Source: Malacoraja senta (taxonomy: Eukaryota). From it: DNA of 64,000 nucleotides. The stretch lies in contig CM075988.1 of assembly GCA_038087875.1 (NCBI GenBank), forward strand, positions 10,294,001 to 10,358,000, read 5' to 3'. Position numbers and translations under genes: made by a program. The stretch's first letter is position 1, and each line of letters starts with the position of its first letter. The notes under the pieces are model-generated. The model was not told where the DNA came from, made no database searches, and saw only the letters and a program-made list of their open reading frames with translations. Shown here in pieces: positions 12,978 to 25,575 of this stretch.

Positions 12978-14347
12978 TCTATACATAAATAAACTGATCT
13001 TGTGCTCTTGCAGTTTGCGCATTTTTTCTATTTGTGCCGAAACGGTATGCGATAGTGCTACAATTTTTCGTCAGCTCACTCGCCGTTCTCCTGTGCTGCG
13101 AGTGCAACAAGTGTCGTTCCGATTGGTGGTATATTGTAAACGTTAGCGAGGTTTAAAAATCGTAAAAAACACGCATGCGCAGATCGATCTCCTCTCCTGC
13201 TTGTCAGCGCAGCGCGGATTGGTCTCTTCTCCTGTCACTCTCTGGGATGGTCCGCCACTTCCTGCAACATCGCGTCTTTACTGGAGCTGAGGTTGGCCGG
13301 CGGAGGTCTCCAACCAGACATAATTTTCGGATTGACCGGAACCGGCCTGGCCCGGCACGGCCCAGCAGGGAGTCGGAGATGTTGGCCAACGGAAAGCAGC
13401 GAGACTGATCCCGGCAGAGGAGAGGAACAGCGCCGGCTGTGAGTCCCAAATGCACCGCCATCACAATGCCCCGCAGCTCCAGCCCCTTCCCCTCTGGTCC
13501 CCCTTGCTGGCTCTTGCCCCCCTCTCCCGTGATACCCCCCTCTCCCCCATGGCTCTTCCCCCATCTTTCTCTGAGTTCTCCACCCACCCCCACCCCACCG
13601 CCCACACGCTGGAGCAGTAGTTGCTGCTGGTGCTTCTGGGCCGAACCGAGGATCCTAGGCCTGCCTCTAAGGGTGCCGACGGCTGATGGTCCTCCGAGGC
13701 ATGCAAGAAGTGAGAGGAGCGGCAACCTCAAGATCCTGGGGAGGAGAGGAGGGATTGTGGGGGAGGAGAGGGGATGTGGGGAGAGGAGAGGAGTAGGGAA
13801 GGTAGAGTAGTTATGGAGGGAGGGAGGGAGTGACTAGGGTAGGGAAAAGGAGAGGTGAGGGAGGGATTGGGGGAGGGTAGGAGAGAGAAAAGAAGAGGGA
13901 GGAGGTGAGGAGGGAGAGTGGGGGAGGAGGGGGAATAGAGGGAGAGCAGGTGGGTAGTAGAGGAGGGCAGAGTGGGGGAGGTAGGGTGTGGGGAATAGGA
14001 GAGGAGAGCAGTGGGGGAGGTGTGGAGGGATAGTGGGGGGGATAGGGGGTGAGGAGTGGGGAGGTGGGGGATAGAGGGATAGGAGGGAGGTAGGGTGGGG
14101 AGAGGAGTTATGGAGGGAGGGAGTGACTGAGGGAAAGGAGAGGGAGAGAGAGGTGAGGTACGGATTGGTGAAGGGAGGAGGAGAGGGAAAAGAAGAGGGA
14201 GGGTGAAGAGGAGGGGAGAGAGTGCTAGGGATGAGGGGAAATGAGCTGCGCCTGTGAAGTTGGGGGCTATGGGTGAGTGGTGGAATATTGCGTTGGGGGA
14301 CCAAGCCTCCTCTGTAACAGGGACCCAACGGGTCCCACTTAGTCTAG
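12978..14347 (+). mobile_element. Non-autonomous Helitron
   Basis: The 5' end is A^TCTATACATAAATAAA. The 3' end has a hairpin GGGACCC-AAC-GGGTCCC (14320-14336) followed by CTAG^T (14344-14347). There is no TSD, and a purine-rich tract lies at 13740-14230. Confidence 0.8.
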
Positions 14348-14446
14348 TGTATATATACATATATGCAAAAACCTTCAAACATTTTTCCAACAGTAAAGTA
14401 TAGCTGCAGCGTGTACTAACTATATGTAGCTACCTAGACTACTCTA

Positions 14447-14778
14447 AGACCACAGTGGCGCAGTTGGTAGAGCTGGTGCCTCACGACACCAGAGAACTGG
14501 GTTTGATCCTGACCTCGGGTGCTGTGTGGAACTTGCACATTCTCCCAATGATCGCGTGGGTTTCCTCTGGGTTCTCCGATTCCCTCCCACATCCCAAAGA
14601 TGTGTGGGTTTGTAGGTTAATTGCCCTCTGTAAAATTGCATCTAGTGTGTAGAGAGTGGATGAGAAAGTGGGAAAGCATAGAACTGGTTTGAATGGGTGA
14701 TCAATGGTCAGCCTGGAATCTGTGGGCCGGAGGACCTGTTTCCATGCTCTAGCTCTAAACTAAACCAAACTAAACCTA
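14447..14778 (+). mobile_element. tRNA-derived V-SINE (HE1/Ras1-like), uninterrupted copy
   Basis: A/B-box-like head TGGCGCAGTTGG..GGTTTGATCC, a V-domain (GTGGGTTTCCTC..CCTCCCACA..AAAGA) and a (CTAAA)n tail. Confidence 0.8.
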
Positions 14779-15429
14779 GACAGAAAATGGTGGCAGATAC
14801 CTGCAAAAGAACAATGACAGACTTGGAGGGGGCCAGCAGAGAACGTTCCAAGAGTGGGAAGATAAAGAGCAACGACCACAATGATGGTAGACAAAGGACT
14901 GTGACTAGGGTGATAAAGCACTTGGATTCAGATGTACAGAAGGAGAAGGGCAAAGATTGGAGATCAAATATCCAGGCAGGGTAGATTTACATACTTTAGC
15001 CCAAATGCTCAGGAGGATGATAGCAATACACATGATTGCTCTATGGATATAATAGTGGCATTTAAGAAAGTTTTGGATGGGCAGATGGGTATGCAGGGGA
15101 TAGAGGGATATGGATCATGTGCAGGCAGATAGCATTTGGTCTTGCAATCGTGTTTGGCACAGACATTGTGGGCCAAACAACCTATTCTTATGCTGTACTG
15201 TTCTATACACCACGATCTATAATAGATAACTGATTGGTGCGTATTTTCTTATTACTATATTTTTTCTCCCTGTGATTGAGCATTTGGCTTGATCAATGAC
15301 CAAAGAAATGCTTATAAAGTTAAACTAGGATTGGTAAATGAGCACGGAATTCAATAAGGAGTATTGTAAGTATTTTGTTAAAGTTAGCTAATCACATCAA
15401 AAGGGTCAGGGTGCCTTAAAGCCATCGAC

Positions 15430-17015
15430 TATACATCCAGCATCAGGTGGGAATGCCAACATACTCCGGCAGAACCAGGAATGTGGGAAATACAGTCAAC
15501 AGGACTGCACGATTTGAGTCTTGAACAATAGGTATCTTCACCTTCCTCCATCTGTGAGGCTGAGTGCTGTGTGGATAGCATGTTTCAGGAGGTGGTCAAA
15601 TTAAGAGATAGAGAAGGATTGGGTGTCTGCAAAGTGGACCATAAAGGAGCAGGCAACTGTTTCAGGAAACCCTTCAGGATGTCTTTCTCCCTGACCAGAT
15701 TCGGCCTTTATTGCTGATGGTGTAGAGGGTTCCCTTGGGGATACAGTCAAAGCCAAAACCAAAGCACCATGTGGAAGGGAAAAGTTCAAGAAAACGCCGG
15801 TTACAGTGGATTCTATAGTTGCTGAACACGCACGTGTTATATAGTCACGAGCACGTCTTATATAGACAAAGCACAGAAACAGATCCATCGTCATATCGTT
15901 CATTCCAACCAATTTGTCTATCTGAGCTAGTCACATTCACCTGCATTTGTCCCATTTCTTTCTAAACCATTCATATCCATGTACCTATCCAAATTGTTTT
16001 TAAATGTTGTTATTGTGCCTGCCTCCATTATGTCCTGTGGCACCTTGTCCATATACAGGGTATGTTGCAATGTTTAAAATGGAGGAAGTGATACACTCAG
16101 TGATTGCAGGGCAGTTAGTTTGACCCATTGTGGGCAAATTGTTTAATAAATCCGTAGTGTGTAAAGGTTAGAGCCCAATGGGACTGCAAACATTATATCC
16201 AAAATTGGTTCAATGGCAGAAAGAGAAAGATAATTGCTGATTTTTGTTTTGTGATTGCAAAATTGTTACCTCAAGACTGTAACAGTCCCTTGCTGTTTGT
16301 GGCATCTAGTGATGATTCCAACCTAAATGCAAGGAGTTTGACACTTGGTAAAACATTTGGCTGCATTCTTGGGAGAGATGAGAAAAGCATAAAAGGCAGG
16401 AGAACATTGATAGATTGATAAACTGGGCAAAAAGTGCCAAATTAAATTAAGTCTGGAGAAATATGAGGTAATACCTTTGGGCAAAATAAGACAATTATAA
16501 TAGCGGGGAAGATTCTGAAAGGTTTGAAAGGAAGGAATGGAAATATGCTAAACTCCTTAATATTTCCTTTGTTTGGATGTTCATATTTCTTCAAATATGG
16601 TTAAAAAGAAAGACTAACAGGATGGTTTATTTCATTGGATTGGACATAGAATATAAGAACAGACAAATTATACTAGAACTGCCAGAGGAGATATTCGAGG
16701 CAGATACAATAGCAGAATTTAAAAGATACTTGGTCAGATATATGAATAGGAAAAGATTAGAGGCCTATGAGCCAAACCTGGGCAAATAGTGCTAAAGAAG
16801 GAACTGCAGATGCTGGAAAATCGAAGGTACACAAAAATGCTGGAGAAACTCAGCAGGTGCAGCAGCATCTATGGAGCGAAGGAAATAGGCAACGTTTCGG
16901 GCCGAAACCCTTCTTCAGACATGAGCCAAACCTGGGCAAATAGTGCTAGCTTAGATGGGGCATCCTGGCTGGTATGGAAGAGTTGGGCCTAAGTTCCCGT
17001 GCTGACTCTACGACT
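15430..17015 (+). mobile_element. Highly degraded CR1 fragments
   Basis: Remnant similarity to CR1 ORF1, RT and 3' UTR, with no intact ORF. Boundaries are approximate. Confidence 0.5.
16795..16920 (-). mobile_element. Short Penelope-derived insertion with a 28-bp flanking direct repeat
   Basis: ATGAGCCAAACCTGGGCAAATAGTGCTA occurs at 16767-16794 and again at 16921-16948. Confidence 0.75.
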
Positions 17016-17464
17016 TTATCACATTCATTGTCTATAATCAACTCTAGAGTTATCAGACTACCAAGATCACGGGTCAAATTGAAAATGGATATTATTCCCC
17101 ATCTGAAGCTGATTTCAAAATTGCATGAACACAAAGTACTGGAGTCATCAACAGGTCAAGTTCCTTGTATCTCCATTTTACTGCTATCTGCAGTTCTTTG
17201 TGTTAACAAAATTGCATATATGTTACTGAGATATTGAATGCACATTTGTTGAATTGTTTCAATGTGGGAGATCAAATGTATTTATATTTCCATCATTTAG
17301 CTAAATTGATTAAGATTTACTAATACATTGTCCACCCCCCGCACTATTCCACTCATGACCAGCAGTTAACATGCATAGAAACAGTGCACACATGGAATGT
17401 TTCTGAATCACTTCATGTACATTTGTTGAATTGCTTAAAACTGGGAGTCAATATGTTTAGTTCA

Positions 17465-17793
17465 AAGCCCTGTCCCATGGTACGAGTTCATTCCAAGAGC
17501 TCTCCCGAGTTTGCCCTGATTTGAACTCGGAGATTTACGGTAATGGCCACTCGTCGGCACTCGGAGCTCTCGTGGCCATTTTTCAACATGTTGAAAAATC
17601 TTCACGAGTCTTCCCGTGCTTACCTGCCGTTAGCGAGTCTTCCCGAGTACCTGCCGTTAGCGTTACGAGCCGCTAAGAGACGTCCCCGAGCTCCGACGTA
17701 CCCACTACATTCATTCTCCGTGCTTACCACGAGTTTGATTTTTTAAAACTCGGGAGAGCTCTTGGAATGAACTCGTACCGAGCGACAGGGCTT
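17465..17793. mobile_element. MITE (Harbinger/PIF-like)
   Basis: Long TIRs AAGCCCTGTC..GGTACGAGTTCATTCCAAGAGCTCTCCCGAGTTT and its reverse complement. The interior is related to 51130-51428. Confidence 0.82.
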
Positions 17794-18112
17794 TTAGTTT
17801 AGAGATACTGCGCAGAAACAGGCCCTTCGGCCCATCGAGTCCACACACACAGTCCGAACCCCGCACACTAACACTATCCCACACACCCGAGGGACAATTT
17901 ACATTTACAACAAGCCAATTTACCTACATGCCTGAATGTCTTTGGAGTGTGGGAGGAAACTGAAGACCTCGGAGAAAACACACGCGGTCATGGGGGGAAC
18001 GTACAAACTTTGTACAGACAGCACCCGTAGTCGGGATCAAACCCGGGTCTCCGGTCTCCGGTGCTGCAAGCGCTCTAAGGCAGCAGCTCTACTGTTACGT
18101 CACTATGCCACA
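17794..18112 (-). mobile_element. V-SINE
   Basis: Reverse complement of the SINE head, V-domain and tail. Further copies occur at about 21822-22131(+), 28065-28350(-), 30838-31114(-), 32874-33040(+), 33637-33958(+), 37564-37871(+) and 40840-41068(-). Confidence 0.8.
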
Positions 18113-18163
18113 CCTATTTATGTATTTATCAATAAGTATTTATGTATTTATGTTTCCATAATT

Positions 18164-18572
18164 TCCAGAAGCAAAAGTACCTTAAAAAAAAACTGAGGTC
18201 AGGTAAGGGGGGATGAAAGTTGGAGAGTTGGTATGTCCCATTTGCGTGATGCTTACAAAAACTATTTGTTTTTCTCTTTTCCCTCTTTCTCTTTCTTCTT
18301 CTTTTCTAGGGTCTATTTCTTAACTCTTTTTCTTTTGTTTTTAATTTTGTTCTTATAGGGTCTTCGTTCTTTCTTGTTGTCACGTTTTCTACACTTTCAC
18401 CTTTTCCTTCACTTTCTTCTTTCTCTCAATCTCATCCTTTCCCTTTACTAGTGTAAAAAACAAACGGAGTACATTAATTGTAAGAAGATATATGTGACGA
18501 GTACTAATATATGTGGTTGTAATGTAATGTACTTCTAATAAATAAAATTTAAAAAAAAAAAAAAAAAAAAAA
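18164..18572 (+). mobile_element. L1-clade 3' UTR fragment with poly(A) tail
   Basis: Shares TTTTCTAGGGTCTATTT with the 3' UTR of the full-length L1 and ends in AATAAA plus poly(A). TSD ATGTTTCCA(T/G)AATT at 18150-18163 and 18573-18586. Confidence 0.8.
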
Positions 18573-19764
18573 ATGTTTCCAGAATTATGCGGTTAAGTTG
18601 ATTAAGTTCCACTAATATATTGTTAACCCCTCCCTGTGCTAACTCCCACTCCCTGTACTAACTCCCACTCATCACCAGCAGTTAACCCTGCACAGAAACA
18701 GTGCACACCCATGGATTGTAAAAGTCTAATTATTAGTTGGTCTTAAATGCAAACTATAAGCTGGTGATTTTTGGCCTGACTGAGGTTGCCAGCACCTCTA
18801 CAGATAACATTCTTGTGCATCACAGCAGACAGTTCTCCTCTGTGTTCCATGCAGAGGCCCAATGTCCGATTCTGGATCATATTAGAATCAGTATAACTAA
18901 TCGATAGACACACAAAGCTGCAGTAACTCAGCGGGTCAATCAGCATCTCTGGAGAAAAGGAATAGGTGACGTTTCGGGTTGAGACCCTTCTTCAGACTCA
19001 AAGGAATAGGTGACGTTTCGAGTTGAGACCCTTCTTCAGACTCAAAGGAACAGGTGACGTTTCGGGTCTAAACCTTTATTCAGACTCCAGAGACCCCAGA
19101 ATCCACCTCTTCAGAGATGCTCTAACCTGCTGAGTTAATCTAGCTTTTTGTGTCTATCTTTGGTTTCAATCAGCATCTGTAGTTCCTTCCTACACATCAG
19201 AATAACTATTGCTCCTTATGCTATTTGTTAGACTCTCATTTAATATTTTTCTCGTGAAATGCAGCCTGTCTGTTGTGAAAGTAGACGGTAGTTTATTTTG
19301 ACACATAAAAGACATGAGGTAACTGATACAACTGTGTCTTTTCTTTCCTTAACACAGAGTGCCCAGCATTCTTTGTGATCATAATCATGGTTTTCATATA
19401 CTGACCTTATCAGAAGCTCCATAATGACATATCTATTAAGGTAAAGAACTCACCCTTGCATAACGTTTTTCACAGTTGCAGGATATTGCAAAGCATTTGA
19501 TGGCCGACTAAATTACACTTGAAGTGTTGTCATTGGTATCTTGTGAAGAAACCCTGTCAACCAATTTCCCAAAAGCAAAGTCGCACATGGTGCAATAATC
19601 AATGAAATAACAGCTGATATTATTTGTGTGTAATATTGGCCAGGAGATCTCCTTGTTCTTCAAAGAAGTGCTATGAGGCATGCAATGTCTATTTGAAGTG
19701 CCAAAAAGGCCCTTGCTTTTATATTTTAATTTGGAAGATGACACCTGTAATAATGCAGCACTCT

Positions 19765-19964
19765 NNNNNNNNNNNNNNNNNNNNNNNNNNNNNNNNNNNN
19801 NNNNNNNNNNNNNNNNNNNNNNNNNNNNNNNNNNNNNNNNNNNNNNNNNNNNNNNNNNNNNNNNNNNNNNNNNNNNNNNNNNNNNNNNNNNNNNNNNNNN
19901 NNNNNNNNNNNNNNNNNNNNNNNNNNNNNNNNNNNNNNNNNNNNNNNNNNNNNNNNNNNNNNNN
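19765..19964. other. Assembly gap
   Basis: 200 consecutive N. Confidence 1.
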
Positions 19965-20309
19965 CCACAGTCTCTCTCACATAGATTGCACTCGTAGTCT
20001 AGAGTGCAGATGTGATTAACTCCACTCAAAGACACGGCAACTTAGACTCTCTCTCCTATGAATCATTGTGTGAAGATTATGTGAAGGATGGGCATATATT
20101 ACCTAGGCTGCTGATAAAGGTTTAACAACCTCAAATGGATTTTAGTAAAAGGATAAGAATCTTTCTCCAATTCTATAAAGACCGGGTAAGACTGCATTTG
20201 GAATAATATGTACAGGTCTTGTCTTCTTGTCAAAGAAATTACTGTACTTGTGATGAATGAAATGCAGGGAAACTTTGATTTAGGCTGTGCATGCCATACG
20301 CAAGAAGAA

Positions 20310-20718
20310 GATACCTTACGCTGCCTCAGCAAGGCCAGCAGCATAATCAAGGATGAGTTGCACCCTGGCCACTCCCTCTTCTACCCTCTCCCATCAGACA
20401 ACAGGTATAGAAGTGTGAAAACCACACCTCCAGATCCAGGGACAGTTTCTTCCCAGCTGTTATCAGGCAACTGAATCATCCTACCACAACCAGAGAGCAG
20501 TGCTGAACTACTATCTACCTCTTTGGTGACCCTCGGACTATCCTTGATTGGACTTTTCTGGTTTTACCTTGCACTAAACATTATTCCGTTATCATGTTTC
20601 TATACACTGTAAATGGCTCGATTGTAATCATGTATTGTCTTTCTGCTGATTGGATAGCACACAACAAACGTTTTTCACGGTACCTCAATATACGCAACAA
20701 TAAACTGAACTGTAACTG
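20310..20718 (+). mobile_element. Rex1/Babar-derived 3' fragment
   Basis: Translation RCLSKASSIIKDELHPGHSLFYPLPS, with an AATAAACTGAACTG tail. Confidence 0.7.
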
Positions 20719-23700
20719 GAATTGCATGAACGTGGTGAACCAAAGAACCTGATTCAGTTCTGCATGACTGTATGACTTTGGGGGAGATATAGTCAAGAGA
20801 GAGACCGAGTCCACAGTTTCTGAGGGTTTGGGATTGAAATTATCCTAAAATGTTTGCACTACCTTGGTGAACAAAACATTGTTTTACTTCATTCCACGTT
20901 GATGAAAGATTTTCCATCCCAGTCTACTTCCAGCTGGGTAAATGGTTTTCTGATTACTCTCCAGGACTTTGTGGAGACATGCGCTCAACTTCACCATTGA
21001 TTACCTCAAAGTCGCTTGCTTTTGGTAACAAATATGTTCAAAGAGTTCACAAATGTATTGAAACATTCACTCATCCAACTGTGTACACCAAGGCTTCCAA
21101 ACTAGGAATCTTGAGATGGAGCAGGCACTTATTATTTTCTTCTTATGCCATTCCTGACAGGGACAGATGATATCAAAAATCCCCTCTTTCTGTCAACCCT
21201 TCAATCCCTTCTCTCTCCGTCCCTCCCCCACCCTAGTCGTTGTACTAGTTTCACTGTCGTCCTGCTGAGTTTTACTGTTTGTATTACTCGTTATCACCTT
21301 CCACACAACCAACAACGGAGCATTGTGGGTTCCACCTTTCCTTGATCATCGCTGCTGGCTTTGATCTGTCTTATTGCATACGGTATCTTTAATTAATTTG
21401 TTCTATGTACTTTTTCATATCTCTCGGTTCCTTCTCCCCGACTCTCAGTCTCAAGAGGGGTCTTGCCCTGAAACGCCACCTGTTCCTTTTCGTCAGAGAT
21501 GCTGCCTGACCCGTTGAGTTATGTCTTTCTTCGGTGTAAACCAGCATCTGCTATTCCTTCCTACACATGTGCGGTTTCCTGTTCTTTATGGCTGTCCAGT
21601 TTAATGGCTCTTACTCATTCATTGCAATTCAACTCTGCCTTATTAGAAAAAATTAGGTACTCTATAAAAATCACAAATGTAACTGCAGATGCTAGAAATC
21701 TGAAACAGAAACTGAAAATGCTGGAAACACTCAGCTGGTATGGCAGCATCTGTAGAGAGGGAAACAGAATGAACACGTTAGGTGGATGACCTTTTGTCAG
21801 AACTGGGAAAGAGAGGAATCAAGGGCAGCACGGTGGTGCAGTGGTAGAGTTGCTGCCTTATAGCACTTGCAGCGTTGGAGACCCGGATTCGATCCTGACT
21901 ACGGGCGCTGTCTATACCGAGTTTGTACGTTCCCCCGTGCCTTGCGTAGGTTTTCTCTGAGATCTTCGGTTTCCTCCCACACTCCAAAGACATACAGGCT
22001 TGATGTATATATAAATTGTCCCTCGTGTGTGTGTAGGATAGTTTTAATGTGTGGGGATTGCTGCTAGGCACGGACTCGGTGGGCCAAAGGGCCTGTTTCT
22101 GCGCTCTATCTCTAAACTAAACTAAACTAAAAGTATGTATAAAACTGCAGAGAGCAAGAATGGAATTTGTACTTTCTTCCTATGACCGTGTGCATTTTCC
22201 TCAGGTGCTTCGGTTTCCTCCCACATTCCAAAGACGTACAGGTGAATCATCTTGTTTTACATAAATGTGTCGGAAGGAACTGCAGATGCTGGTTTATACC
22301 AAAGATAGACACAAAATGCTGGAGTAACTCAGCAAGTCATACAGCATCTTTGGAGAAGAAAAATGGGTGACGTTATGGGTCGGAACCATTCTTCAGAGTC
22401 CTTCAGAAGAAGGGTTCCGACCCGAAATGTCACCTATTCTGCTGAGTTATTCCAGCATTTTGTGCCTTGCTTGACACAAGATCTGTCTCATTTTCATTTT
22501 TATACAAGGTCACTCTGAATGTTCCCGTTGCCAATTTATAACATATGTGTGGGTTCTCCTTCAACCTGTTTGTAGTGGCAGGGATATAATGAATCACCAT
22601 GGGATATGAAGAGCTGCTATATCATTCTCCTCACACTGTGCCTTGGAATAAATGCATCATGCATTCACATGTCCACACCAACAAGAACATCCTCATGTAA
22701 ATCTAATGGCTGATGTAAAAGATTTTGCTTAGCAATATTTGGCAAGTAGCTGAATTCTTGCCATAACAGCAGCGAGGATAACAGAGCCGTCACTATATCA
22801 GAAATTATTATTCCCTTGAGCTTCATTTGAAAATAATGTTTTTAACATATTTTCCATTAAACAATATTGAATAGACGGAGTGTTAGCACACCATGTGTTC
22901 TGCTGCTGCCATTTAACAAGTACATCTGTTATTTATCACAACAAGAATATTTAAACCGGTGTTTTGTGCAAAGATGCTGTGTAATATTCTGATAAGAACA
23001 GCATTGATGGCTTATCTTAAAAATGATTGCCCAGAGAAATGTAACTGACTGTTGTAGCAACAAGAATAGCTGTGTGTGCTGCATTATCGACATAATGTAT
23101 ATCTGAAATGAGCATTCTCAACTCCCACTTGCAAAATGCACTTCATTCGGCCTTAGCAAACAAAAAACTGCCTCTTTGGCTTTCAGATGTATCTTTGTGT
23201 AAAATTAGAATGAGCAGGAGTGCTGATGTGAAGATCAGTTTTCATTTTACTTGGAACATGCATGCTGGCAAATTATTGAGGCATAACAGCAGAGGTGTGA
23301 TTGTGATTCCAGATAAAGCCTTTTCAGTGTCCAAATGCTGATTGATTCGCTGCACCTTGGCTAAACTTTGTTAAAATTTCTGCCGGTTTAAATCTTCCTT
23401 CCTATTTAAGCCATGTGGAAACATTGTACTCGTAGGAAATCCTTTGACCAGGGGAGTATGTGGGGACTGCTCGTACTGCACTAAGCACCTTTATTGATGG
23501 CAGCAGTCCCATAATCGCTGATGATTTAAGGCCAATTAAATATGGTTTAATCAGCACTTGGAAGGCAGATGGGGAATGTGCATATTTATATTATTGCCTG
23601 CTGTAATTAGAATGCAGGTAAGTAGGCAGGTGATTAATTTCCAATCTATGGAGTCATAGAGTTGTACAGCATAAAAACCCCAGGTCCTTCGGCCCATTGT

Positions 23701-24974
23701 GTCTTCAGGTCATAAGGAATAGTAGTAGAATTAGGCAATTTGGCCCATCAAGTCTATGCCGTTGATCATGCTTATTTTTATTAGAGTCATAGAGTCTTTA
23801 CTAATCCCACTTGCCTGCATTATTTCCATATCCCTCTATGCCTTGTTCATTCAGGCACCTGTCAGGTGCCTCAAATATTGTCACTGCTCCTGCCTCCACC
23901 ACCTCTTCTGAAAGCTTGTGCCAGATACAAACTACTGTTTGATGAAAAATGTACCCTTCCCATTCCCGATAAACCCCCTCCCTCTCACTTTGGGCCTAGG
24001 TCCTCCAGTTTTAGACACCCCTACTGTGAGAGCTCATAATCTTCTGGCTGGAGTCACCAAATGCGATAGTTTAGAGCTATGGTAGAAACAAATGCTATAG
24101 TTGTTTAAAAAAAATGAATGGCAAGTGTCTATGTTCTAGCATGAGCAATAGTTGCCAGAGGAGGTTGTTGAGGCAGGGACTATGTCAACGTTTAAGAAAC
24201 AGTTGGACAGGTAAGTGGATAGGACACATTTTGAGTGATATGGACCAAACGCAGACGGGTGGGACAAGTTTAGCTGGGACATGTTGGCCGCTGTGTGCTA
24301 GTTGGGCCTAAGGGCTTGTTTCCACGCTGTAGAACTCTATGACTCCAGGAGAAAATATCTTAGAATGCAGACTAAGTGCAACGAAGACAAAAAGAGGGAA
24401 TGTTTCAAAAAGCAAAGCATGGATTCCGAAACACAAAGACTTTTAATCTATTTTGAGAGATCAATGTTTGAAAGATGCAGCATCTCACAGCTAGAAATAT
24501 GCACTGCAGGGTCTTGAGAGAAGCTTTCTCCACAAATTACATCCTGGCTGGAGCTCAGTACCTTTTGAAGAGTTGACATGTATTGAATTTTGTGTAGATA
24601 ACTGGTCAGCTGCCTATAGCGAAGGAGTCTGCCTCTGCTGTGTGTGCAGATTCTGAATTAAAAACGAACATTGTTCTTCAAACAAAATTGTGTTAAGCAC
24701 TACAAATACACATGTTCTGAAATTCAACAGGGAAGTGTTTTGATATGAAGATCAAAGCAAATAGGGGGTTCTAAATTAAGATGATAATTCTTCTGGACAA
24801 GCAACTGTACAAGAAACTGTACAAGCAACAAAATAAAAATGCTTTACTGTTCAAAGTGAGGGAAGTATCTGCATACATAAAAGATCTAGTGTAAACATTA
24901 AAAAGGAGGAGGAAAGGCTTGTCAGGGAAGGACTAGCAGAGAGCAAACTGCAGTTATGTTTTTTAATAGAATTG

Positions 24975-25575
24975 ATTGAAAGGTAAAGCATGGAAACAGT
25001 CCCTGAGGCCCACTGTGTCCACATTGACCATCGATCACCCATTCACACTAGTTCTACCTTTCACAGCTTAAGGATAAGGGGGAAATCCTTTAAGACCGAG
25101 ATGAGGAAAAACTTTTTCACACAGAGAGTGGTGAATCTCTGGAACTCTCTGCCACAGAGGGTAGTTGAGGCCAGTTTATTGGCTATATTTAAGAGGGAGT
25201 TAGATGTGGCCCTTGTGGCTAAGGGGATCAGGGGGTATGGAGAGAAGGCAGGTACGGGATACTGAGTTGGATGATCAGCCATGATCATATTGAATGGCGA
25301 TGCAGGCTCGAAGGGCCGAATGGCCTACTCCTGCACCTATTTTCTATGTATCTATGTACCTTGCATCCACTCCCTACACACGAGGGGCACTTTACAGAGG
25401 CCAACAAACCTACAAAACCTGCATGTATTTTTGATGTGGGAGGAAACTGGAGCACCCGGAGAAAACCCATGTGGTGCACGGGGAGAAATTGCAGTCTCCA
25501 CATAGACAGATCCCGAGATCAGGATTGAACCCGGGTCTCTGATGCTGTGAAGCAGCGGCTCTACCACTGTGCCAC
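24975..25575 (-). mobile_element. V-SINE interrupted by a CR1 3' fragment (25061-25356, +)
   Basis: SINE halves flank HSLRIRGKSFKTEMRKNFFTQRVVNLWNSL..., the CR1 3' UTR and a TTCTATG tail. TACCTT is on both sides. Confidence 0.75.

Noticed and set aside
13204..14390. Pro/Ser-rich or Gly-rich ORFs of 120-220 aa
   Set aside because: These are translations of the low-complexity, GC-rich Helitron interior.
14447..14520. tRNA genes at SINE heads
   Set aside because: The tRNA-like heads run straight into the V-domain and tail, and lack a complete cloverleaf.
19508..20035. ORFs spanning the N run
   Set aside because: Artefacts of the assembly gap.
22600..23640. Repeat-free, TAAT-rich stretches as conserved enhancers (also about 31450-32200 and 39750-40700)
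   Set aside because: Cannot be supported without cross-species alignment.
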